DNA from: Nitrospirota bacterium
GTDB lineage: Bacteria > JACPQY01
DNA: 64,000 bases
NCBI GenBank assembly: GCA_016190245.1
Contig: JACPQY010000008.1
Coordinates: 45,938 to 109,937, forward strand
Direction: 5' to 3'
Shown: positions 10,401-18,163 of the stretch, piece by piece
Layout of the letters: each line of letters opens with the position of its first letter
Numbering within the stretch: the stretch's first letter is position 1
The notes under the pieces: model-generated
What the model saw: the letters and a program-made list of their open reading frames with translations, nothing else
Database searches by the model: none
What the model was told of the DNA's origin: nothing
Position numbers and translations under genes: made by a program

Positions 10401-10742
10401 GGAAAGAGCCATCCCGTGTTTCCTTCGCCCGCGTTCCGCGGGGTCCTCGAAGGAGGCACAGGGGCCTGCCGCGTCCGCCGGGAGCGCGACGCGGGCGGCT
10501 TCCATCAGGGGCCTCACCCCCTCTTCCGAGAAGAGCAGGGCCATGAGCCGCGCTTGCAACTCGTCGGACGGGAGCGAGAACGGGTGCCTCTGCGGGGCCA
10601 TCGTGGACCTGACGGGCCGCCGCTCGGGGCTTTTCGACTCGGCCCACACGAAGAAGCGCGCCCGATCCACGAGCCAATTCCCGTGGACGACGATCGGCCT
10701 GATCTCCGCGCTTTCGTCGGGTTCAGTCTCAGCTTGGGCCAT
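7476..10742 (-). CDS. SNF2-family (Swi2/Snf2) DNA-dependent ATPase/helicase with a large N-terminal domain
   Basis: It carries the DEXH box ([12 protein letters not shown]), a Walker A motif (ADDMGLGKT), SNF2_N and HELICc motifs ([66 protein letters not shown]). Confidence 0.85.
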   Translation of the reverse strand: [1088 protein letters not shown]

Positions 10743-11020
10743 TCACTCGTACCTGCCTTTGGAACGGTCGGCGGGCTCCGCGCGTCCTCTCGGGGGCCGG
10801 TCAAGGCCCGCTGAGCCGTCGCGATCCTCGCCGCTCGAAGCCTGGTGGGGCGAAGCTACCGGCGCGGTCTTGCTCGCCCGCCGCCGCTCGTCCCCATCCG
10901 ACTCCGTGCCGTCTCCGACGAACCCCTTCGCCAGGAGCGGCTACAGGTAGAGCACACCACGAATCGCTTTTTTGTGCAAGTGGGGTGAGGGGGCTCTGTG
11001 GCCCGGTCTTGAGACCCGCT

Positions 11021-12163
11021 CTACGGCTCCGCAGATTGCCCCGGCCGCTCAAATCGCTCCGCCAGGAACTCCTTGAACGCGCGACCGTTCGCTCGAAGCG
11101 CACCGTCCTCGGCCACCAGCGCGCGGGCGCCGCCGAAGCCCGGGACGTCAATGCTGAACCAGACGGCCAGCGGGAGCTTGAGGTCCAACACCTGTTTCAT
11201 CAGCGCGCGGACTTCGGCGGGATCCTCGGAAAGCTGCCGGCCCATCTCGTTGGTGAGAGCGGGCAGACCCGTCACGCGGGTCAAGTAAGCAACCGCTTGC
11301 GCCATCCACTCCGGGCGGGGCACGTACCAGTGGAAATTCACGTAGTCGGCCCCGGCATCCCGGTAGCCCGCCAGCAACGCCCTGCCCTTCGTGAGCTGCT
11401 GGTGCGCGCGCTCCGTGCGCAGGAGCGCCGTGCCATGGATCTTGCCCTTGCCGAGTTTCTCCAGGGCCTTCTTGCCCAGCCCCTCATCCATCACGCGCCC
11501 CGCCTCGTCCTTCTGCCCGCGCATCTCCAGGTCCTCCGCGAGGAGGAAGAGGACAAGGTTGCTGACCAGTCCCCCGTTTGTGCAGGGGATGCCTCGCTCG
11601 TGCGCGGCCGCGCAGGCTGCGGAGAGCTCCCGATGATATTCCTCCGGTGTCCCCGTGTAGAACAGCGCCTCCGAATTCTCCTCGTTCTCGACGACCAGGA
11701 GGACCGGACGGCACGCCGCGAGGATCTCGGCTACAACGCGTCGAAACCGATCGAGGTCTTTCGGCGGGGACGTGGGCTTTCGCCCGCCGTCGTTGCGGAT
11801 CGTGAGGACGAGGTCGAGCCCTTGGGCATGCGCGAGTTCGCATTCCCCACTCTTCCCGTTCCACTGATCAACGAACACGGCATTGGGGCGGTAGAACCTC
11901 ACCCCTAACTGCCTTGCGACCTCCGCGTGCTTCCTCGGGAGCATCACGCCAAACGGGTTCCCGTCCGAAGACGCGCGGATCGCCGTCGGGGCGCGGGCGG
12001 GTCTTTTCCCACTCTCAGCGAGGACCTCCTCTGTTCCCATCGAGCCTTGGAACCCGATCAGGAGCGCCAAGAAGAAGAGAGAGATCCCCTTTGTCCAATC
12101 TTTGCCAGCGGCCGGGTTGCCCCTCACGGCCAGCAGATTGGCTGAGATTCCACCTTCTGGCAA
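11021..12163 (-). CDS. Hypothetical secreted protein, possibly a TIM-barrel glycoside-hydrolase-like enzyme
   Basis: It has a signal-peptide-like hydrophobic segment (ISLFFLALLIGFQG). The motif LLVVENEENSE resembles a GH catalytic NEP region. The assignment is weak. Confidence 0.4.
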   Translation of the reverse strand: MPEGGISANLLAVRGNPAAGKDWTKGISLFFLALLIGFQGSMGTEEVLAESGKRPARAPTAIRASSDGNPFGVMLPRKHAEVARQLGVRFYRPNAVFVDQWNGKSGECELAHAQGLDLVLTIRNDGGRKPTSPPKDLDRFRRVVAEILAACRPVLLVVENEENSEALFYTGTPEEYHRELSAACAAAHERGIPCTNGGLVSNLVLFLLAEDLEMRGQKDEAGRVMDEGLGKKALEKLGKGKIHGTALLRTERAHQQLTKGRALLAGYRDAGADYVNFHWYVPRPEWMAQAVAYLTRVTGLPALTNEMGRQLSEDPAEVRALMKQVLDLKLPLAVWFSIDVPGFGGARALVAEDGALRANGRAFKEFLAERFERPGQSAEP

Positions 12164-12613
12164 GAGCTTCTACCTCGGCAGGCGCGTGACAGCGAGGGTT
12201 CTTGGCACTCAGCCCACCGTGTCGTGCCAATTTGGCGCGCTGAAGGGGTGACATGGAAAGTCGTCAATCCCCGTTTCATCAAAATTCAGGAGCTTTGGAA
12301 CAAAACGCGGGTCTCAGGAGTCTAATTAAAGTGTGAGGGTATTTTCTCTCAAGAGCGTGGATCGGACGTCGGCTGGGTGGCCGGCCTCGGCGGTGTCCCG
12401 CGCATGGTCCCGCACCCGCCTGCCCCGCCGCAGCGGGTGTGACCGAATGCGCGGCCGAAATCAGACCTCCTCAACACCAAGCGAAACGGGGCGAGAAGTG
12501 TTTGGCGTGGAAACCACCGGAGAGGCGATCGCGCCGTCCTGGCGTGATCCCGGGCACGTCGACCCGCCCGCCCCGTTTCTTCTTCCCAACCGTCTCTGTC
12601 GGAGGTGGGGCTT

Positions 12614-12889
12614 ATGTTGACCGAACCTGAAATCTACTCGAGGGTGGAACGCGTCTTTCATCAGTTCCTACCGGAGGAGACCCGCGCGCAGATCTCTCGC
12701 GAGGCTTCGTTGATCATGGATCTGCGGATCGACTCGCTCAAAGTGGCCGAGCTCTCGATCCTCCTCGAAGAGGCGTTCGGGCAGCCGGTCTACTTGCCGG
12801 ACATGCTTGCCGAGGAAGACGACCCCAACGATCTCACGGTGGCCTCTCTCGTAGGTTTCCTTCAGAGGTGCCTTGGAGCGATTCAATGA
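12614..12889 (+). CDS. Acyl carrier protein (phosphopantetheine-binding)
   Basis: The 91-aa acidic protein has a DSL motif (LIMDLRIDSLKVAELSILLEEAFG). The ATG is at 12614. The ORF track starts at the upstream GTG at 12605. Confidence 0.75.
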   Translation: MLTEPEIYSRVERVFHQFLPEETRAQISREASLIMDLRIDSLKVAELSILLEEAFGQPVYLPDMLAEEDDPNDLTVASLVGFLQRCLGAIQ

Positions 12890-14625
12890 CGCGCCCCTTC
12901 CTAGTCTCCCGTCGGGGCCCCGTCCTCTACCTTGACATGGACGGTCCCGGATCTTCCGTCAATGTTCTGACGCGCGCCGCCGCCGAGCAGCTTGGAGAGG
13001 TGCTGGATGATGTGGAGCGCCGCGAACTGGGGCTCATCGTGTTTCGCTCGCTCAAGCCGTACAGCTTCATCAACGGAGCGGAGCTTCTCGTGGCCAAGAG
13101 TGTGAAGACGATGGAGGATCTTCCGCGGCTCACGGAGGTCCTTCGTTCCGCTTACGAACGAGTGGCCTCGTTGCCGGTTCCAACGCTGGCCGCGATCCGT
13201 GGCAACTGTTTCGGGTGCGGGATGGAATTCACGCTGGGGTGCGACTACCGCGTCGCGGCGGACTCCTACGACACGTTTTTCTACATGACGGAGTTGAGGG
13301 ACTACCACTGCCTCCCTGTTTTTGGCGGACTCAGCCGTCTGCCGCGGCTGGTGGGTCTCAAGCCCGCCGTGGATCTGCTCCTGTGGGGCGAGAAGTGGTG
13401 GGCGCCCACGGCCTTCGAGCGGGGACTGATTTCGGGCGTCCTCGGGGCGGCTCGCTTCGAGGCCGAGCTCGATGAGCTGGTTGAGGCCTTGTTGGGGAAC
13501 GGGCTGCACAAGCGGGTTCTTCCCGAGCGCGCGGAAGCGTGCGCGGGCGCAGGTCTGGACTGGCCCGCCTACCGGCAGCACGTGGAGGGGCGAATCAAGG
13601 CATCGCCGCCTGACCGGCAAGGGCTCTACCGATTGTGCCTCGATATCCTCGGTGAGACGGCGTCCCCCCGCAACGGCGTCGTGCAGACCACGCGCGGATC
13701 AGACGTGGCCCGTCCCCTCGGAAGTCCGGCCAACCGCGCGGCGGCCTCGTTTTTCTTCATCCGCACCATGGCGAAGGTGGCGAGCGCGGGGACGTCGTCC
13801 ACCGTGCCCGCCCGTCACGTCACGTTGGAGATCGCGCCTTCGGCCGCGGGCCACCCATTCGTGGATGTTCTGCGGCGCAGGCCCATCGCGGGTCTCATGC
13901 TACGGCCGGGCATGCCTAGGGGCAATGGGCGACCGGCGCCACCACTCCGGGTGGTGGACGATCAAACCGCCCGCGCCGTGAATCTCGAGATCGCCTGGGG
14001 CTACCAGGAAGTCGAGAAGCCACAGGGGCGAGGGCTTCTGTATTTTCCCGGCGCGGCTCGCGTGGATCTGTGCGAGCTCATGATCGACGCGGAGGACCGC
14101 GACCTTCTCCAGCCGTTCCTGGTGCTCCTGCCACACCTGGGTTGGCACCCGATCGTCCTCACCGGGGCCGGCGATAGCGCGGTCAACCGATTGATCCGAG
14201 CCTACTTCGGCGCCATCGAATCCACCTTGGACGCCGGAGGCCGGATGGGGGATGTGACGCATTCGCTGTGGGCCTTCGGTTTTGACCACACTCCGGCCGA
14301 GCTGGCGGCGGACCTGTTCGGTTCGGATGCGCCGCCGACGGCCGATTCTGCGCCCCCCGGCCGATCGGACCCCGAGGCCCTGACCAGCCTTCTCCTCGCC
14401 TTGTACCGCGAGGGACTCTATCTCGAACGGGAGCGGCGCTTGCGCCACGCCTCGCAAGTGGACGTCATCGTCCGCTCTCTATCCGGGTTTCCCCTCTCCC
14501 GCGGCGCGTTCACCGGCTACATGAAGCAGATGATGACGGGCGTTTTTGTGTCAGAGCCGACGTCCGCCCCCGTGGCCGTTCAGGAGAGCCATGCGGAGGC
14601 TGTGCGCGAGGCGGCGCTCCAGTAG
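12886..14625 (+). CDS. Enoyl-CoA hydratase/isomerase (crotonase) family protein with an approximately 300-aa uncharacterised C-terminal extension
   Basis: The N-terminal ~260 aa show the crotonase fold (AAIRGNCFGCGMEFTLGCDYRVAA oxyanion-hole region). The start overlaps the ACP stop as ATGA. The C-terminal half has no motif I recognise. Confidence 0.75.
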   Translation: MTRPFLVSRRGPVLYLDMDGPGSSVNVLTRAAAEQLGEVLDDVERRELGLIVFRSLKPYSFINGAELLVAKSVKTMEDLPRLTEVLRSAYERVASLPVPTLAAIRGNCFGCGMEFTLGCDYRVAADSYDTFFYMTELRDYHCLPVFGGLSRLPRLVGLKPAVDLLLWGEKWWAPTAFERGLISGVLGAARFEAELDELVEALLGNGLHKRVLPERAEACAGAGLDWPAYRQHVEGRIKASPPDRQGLYRLCLDILGETASPRNGVVQTTRGSDVARPLGSPANRAAASFFFIRTMAKVASAGTSSTVPARHVTLEIAPSAAGHPFVDVLRRRPIAGLMLRPGMPRGNGRPAPPLRVVDDQTARAVNLEIAWGYQEVEKPQGRGLLYFPGAARVDLCELMIDAEDRDLLQPFLVLLPHLGWHPIVLTGAGDSAVNRLIRAYFGAIESTLDAGGRMGDVTHSLWAFGFDHTPAELAADLFGSDAPPTADSAPPGRSDPEALTSLLLALYREGLYLERERRLRHASQVDVIVRSLSGFPLSRGAFTGYMKQMMTGVFVSEPTSAPVAVQESHAEAVREAALQ

Positions 14626-14654
14626 GGAGGAGAGGAGGTGCCATCCAGCCGGAC

Positions 14655-15404
14655 ATGAACAGCAACGGTCGCACGGCGCTCGTCACGGGTGCGGCGGGCG
14701 GGATCGGCGCCGCCGTGGCGCACAGCCTCCTCGCGGCCGGCCTGCGCGTGTGCCTGACGGACCGCGACGAGGCGGGTTTGGAGCGCGAGGCCGCGCGCCT
14801 TCGCGCCCTCCACGGGGAGCGACCCGTCTTGTTTGCCCGAATGGACGTGGACCGCCCCGATGAGGTCGAGGATGTCCACCGCACCCTCGGCGAGGCCTGG
14901 GGGGCGGTGGACGTGCTCGTGAACAACGCGGGGATCTTCGACGAGCGGCCCTTCCTCGAGATCGAGGAGGAAGGTTTCAGGCGCGTGCTCGAAACCAACC
15001 TGCTCGGCGCCGTGCGCTGCTGCCGGGTGTTCGGGCGGGACATGGTGGAACGGGGCTCGGGCAAGATCGTGAATATCGCCTCGATCTCGGCGTGGAGGGG
15101 AGCCCCGCGCGCCGCGCACTATGCCGCGAGCAAGGCCGGTCTTGTCGCGCTGACGCTCACGCTCGCGCGCGAGTTTGCCGAGCGAAATGTTCAAGTCAAC
15201 GTCGTCCTCCCCGGCTACATCGACACCGGAATGATGGGGCACCGGCGGGGAGTGATGCTGAAATATGCGGCGTGGCGCGTGCCCGCGGGGCGGCTGGGCC
15301 GGCCGGAAGACGTGGCGGAGGCGGTCCGCCTCCTCGTCGTGGCCGACACGAGCTACCTCACGGGCGCCCAACTCGTCGTGGATGGGGGGTGCAGCCTTGG
15401 ATGA
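14655..15404 (+). CDS. SDR-family oxidoreductase (FabG-like 3-oxoacyl-ACP reductase)
   Basis: It has the TGAAGGIG Rossmann motif, an NNAG motif, and the YAASKAG catalytic Y-x3-K. Confidence 0.85.
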   Translation: MNSNGRTALVTGAAGGIGAAVAHSLLAAGLRVCLTDRDEAGLEREAARLRALHGERPVLFARMDVDRPDEVEDVHRTLGEAWGAVDVLVNNAGIFDERPFLEIEEEGFRRVLETNLLGAVRCCRVFGRDMVERGSGKIVNIASISAWRGAPRAAHYAASKAGLVALTLTLAREFAERNVQVNVVLPGYIDTGMMGHRRGVMLKYAAWRVPAGRLGRPEDVAEAVRLLVVADTSYLTGAQLVVDGGCSLG

Positions 15405-15423
15405 ACAAAAAGCCTCTAGCACA

Positions 15424-17277
15424 ATGGCGCGGGCTGCCTGCCCGCCGAAGTCCGTCCGCCGTGGCGGACTGGACAGGCGGGAAGCCCGCGGCTACCCGGA
15501 AGGAGAATCCGAGGTAGGCGCACCCGTGGAACGGGGCACAGCAGGCTTTGAGCCTGCGACGCCGTCGCATCGGGGGTCCGTTCCGCTGGACGCTCAAGGG
15601 TCTACGGACGGCTTCCTGTTGGCCAAAATGCTCCGAGAGCAGGAGGACAACCCGCGCCGCGTTTGCGGCCATCTGCTCAACTCGCAGGGCGAGATCGTGA
15701 GCACACTCACCCTTGGTGGGTGGATCGAGAAGGCCGCCGCCTTGGCGGGCGTGATGGCGCGCCGGGGGCTGACCGAGGGCGATCGCGTCATCCTTTCCCT
15801 GCCCACGTCTGAGGAGTTTCTGGTGACGTTCGTCGGTCTCTGGTGGCTGGGCGCCGTGCCGGTGCCCGCGCCGGAGGTCTCCGCCCACACGAAAAAAGGC
15901 AGTCTCCACGAGCGGCTTCTCCAGATGGTCCTCGACTGCTCGCCCCGCGCGATCATCACGAACCAAAGCTCTGCCGCGTCTCCCACCCTGCCGGGCGTCG
16001 AGGTCTGGACGAGCGACGACCTGGTGGGCAACGGAATCGGGGACGAAGGGTCCCCCCCCCCGCTCGTTCGACCGGCCCGGGACGCCTGCGCGTTCGTCCA
16101 ATACACCTCGGGGAGCACGGGAGCGCCCAAGGGCGTCGTCGTCACCCACGCCAGCCTCATGGCCAACATGGACGCCACGGGACGGGCCTGCGGCGCCTCG
16201 CCCGCCGACAGCTTCCTGTCCTGGCTTCCGATCTACCACGACATGGGACTGATCGGGGCCGCGTTGTGGACGACGTACTGGGGCATGCCCTTCCACCTCA
16301 TGTCCCCCGCCGCGTTTCTCTCGAACCCCTCGGTGTGGCTGCGAACCATCTCGCGGCTCGGCATCACGCTCTCGATTGCGCCCAACTTCGCCTACCATCT
16401 GTGCGCCCGGCGGGTCCGTCCCGAGGAGATCGAAAACCTCGACCTCTCGCGCTGGCGGCTGGCCTTCAACGGCTCGGAGCCGATCGATCCGGCCAGCCTC
16501 GATCTGTTCCAGAGGAGGTTCGAGCCGTACGGTTTCGCGCGCACGGCATTCTACCCCGTGTACGGAATGGCCGAGGCCACGCTTGCCATCTCGTTCCCGC
16601 GCCCGGGCGAGGCGGTTTACGTGGACCGCGTGAGCCGTCGCGCCCTGACGGAGCGGGGTCGGGCTGAGCCAGCGGCCGCCGACGGGAACGATACGGTGGA
16701 ATTCGTCTCCTGCGGCTCTCCCATCCCGGGGCACGCCGTGGTGATCCGGGACCCTGCCTCGGGCAAAGCCTTGGGCGAAAGGGAAGTCGGGGAGCTCTGT
16801 TTCCAGGGTCCGTCCGTCACGCCGTACTACTTTCACCAGTCGGGCCAGGGGTCGCCCCGCTCCGAACTCCGGACGGGGGATCTCGGCTACATCGCGGAGG
16901 GCCGTCTCTTCGTGGTGGATCGAATCAAGGACCTTATCCAGATCGCCGGCGTGAACTACTACCCCAGCGATATCGAGAAACTCCTTCAGCAGATCCCTGG
17001 CGTCCGGACGGGGCGCGTGGTGGCCCTCGGGGCATCCAACGCCGAGACCGGCACGAGCGATCTCGTCATTGTGAGTGAGATCACCAAAGATGCCGACCTC
17101 GAGGCGCTCATCAAACAGATTCGAGAGAAACTCTACCGCGCGCTGGATCTCGTTCCGCGCGATGTCGTCCTCGCGGCGGATCGGGCGATCCCCATCACGA
17201 CGAGCGGCAAGGTCCAGCGGCGAAAATGCCTGGAGATGTACCTTCATGACAGCCTACCCAGTGCCCGCAACATCTGA
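15424..17277 (+). CDS. Fatty acyl-AMP ligase / AMP-dependent synthetase (FadD32-like FAAL)
   Basis: It carries the YTSGSTGAPKGV adenylation motif and the GDLGY and SGKVQRR C-terminal motifs. The start is uncertain. I chose the first in-frame ATG after the SDR stop, at 15424. Confidence 0.75.
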   Translation: MARAACPPKSVRRGGLDRREARGYPEGESEVGAPVERGTAGFEPATPSHRGSVPLDAQGSTDGFLLAKMLREQEDNPRRVCGHLLNSQGEIVSTLTLGGWIEKAAALAGVMARRGLTEGDRVILSLPTSEEFLVTFVGLWWLGAVPVPAPEVSAHTKKGSLHERLLQMVLDCSPRAIITNQSSAASPTLPGVEVWTSDDLVGNGIGDEGSPPPLVRPARDACAFVQYTSGSTGAPKGVVVTHASLMANMDATGRACGASPADSFLSWLPIYHDMGLIGAALWTTYWGMPFHLMSPAAFLSNPSVWLRTISRLGITLSIAPNFAYHLCARRVRPEEIENLDLSRWRLAFNGSEPIDPASLDLFQRRFEPYGFARTAFYPVYGMAEATLAISFPRPGEAVYVDRVSRRALTERGRAEPAAADGNDTVEFVSCGSPIPGHAVVIRDPASGKALGEREVGELCFQGPSVTPYYFHQSGQGSPRSELRTGDLGYIAEGRLFVVDRIKDLIQIAGVNYYPSDIEKLLQQIPGVRTGRVVALGASNAETGTSDLVIVSEITKDADLEALIKQIREKLYRALDLVPRDVVLAADRAIPITTSGKVQRRKCLEMYLHDSLPSARNI

Positions 17278-18163
17278 CCGACAGCCCGAGGGGGCGGACC
17301 ACCTTCCCTTCGAGGTGCCGGAACGTCTGTATCCGTTCCGTCATCGCTTCCGCTCGATCCGCGGGATCCGGGTTCACTACGTGGACGAGGGAGAGGGACC
17401 GCCCATTCTCTTCCTTCACGGCAATCCGACGTGGTCGTTTGTCTACCGCGACATCATCAGGGGGCTCAGGGGGCGCGGCTTCCGCTGCGTCGCGCTCGAC
17501 TATCCCGGTTTCGGGATGTCCGAGAAACCGCCCCACTATGGCTACACGCCCTTGGAGCAGGCGCGTGTGGTGGAGGGCCTCGTGCAGAACCTGGATCTGA
17601 AGAACATCACGCTTTTCGTGCACGACTGGGGCGGGCCGATCGGGCTGTGGGTGGCGGGGCGGCATCCGGAGCGCATCCGGCGACTTGCCATCGGCAACAC
17701 CTGGGCATGGCCGGTGCCGGGCCATCCCCGGGCGCGGCGATGGATCGCGTTCATCTCCGGTCCCGTGGGCCGGTTCCTCGTCACGCGTCTCAACTTCATG
17801 ATCAATGTCCTCCTGCGCTCCGGCTCCGTGCGGCACCGCGAGAGGTTCTCCCCGGAGGTCATGGCGGCCTACCGGAGCCCGTTTTCGCGGCCGCAGGACC
17901 GCGCGCCCATGCACATCTTCCCCGCGCAGATCTTCGCGGCGGAGGCGTTCCTGACCGAGACGGAAGCGGGCCTGGCGAGCCTCGCCGAAAAACCGGTTCT
18001 CATCCTGTGGGGTGAGCGGGACGTGGCATTCAAGGAGGAGGAACTTGCGCGCTGGATGAAGATCTTCCCTGCGGCCTCCCTTCAACGCTTCCCCCGCGCG
18101 GGACACTTCCTCCAGGAAGATGTGCCGGACGAAATCGTCGAGCGGATCGCGGCATGGGGCTGA
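17246..18163 (+). CDS. Alpha/beta hydrolase, haloalkane-dehalogenase/epoxide-hydrolase-like (Asp nucleophile)
   Basis: Motifs are LFLHGNPTWSFVYR and the VHDWGGPIG nucleophile elbow. The start (MTAYPV) overlaps the FAAL 3' end by 32 nt. Confidence 0.8.
   Translation: MTAYPVPATSDRQPEGADHLPFEVPERLYPFRHRFRSIRGIRVHYVDEGEGPPILFLHGNPTWSFVYRDIIRGLRGRGFRCVALDYPGFGMSEKPPHYGYTPLEQARVVEGLVQNLDLKNITLFVHDWGGPIGLWVAGRHPERIRRLAIGNTWAWPVPGHPRARRWIAFISGPVGRFLVTRLNFMINVLLRSGSVRHRERFSPEVMAAYRSPFSRPQDRAPMHIFPAQIFAAEAFLTETEAGLASLAEKPVLILWGERDVAFKEEELARWMKIFPAASLQRFPRAGHFLQEDVPDEIVERIAAWG

Noticed and set aside
12163-12605. Possible riboswitch or sRNA in the 440-nt region upstream of the ACP operon
   Set aside because: I recognise no conserved riboswitch motif. 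It is probably a promoter and 5' UTR (AT-rich patch at about 12320-12345).
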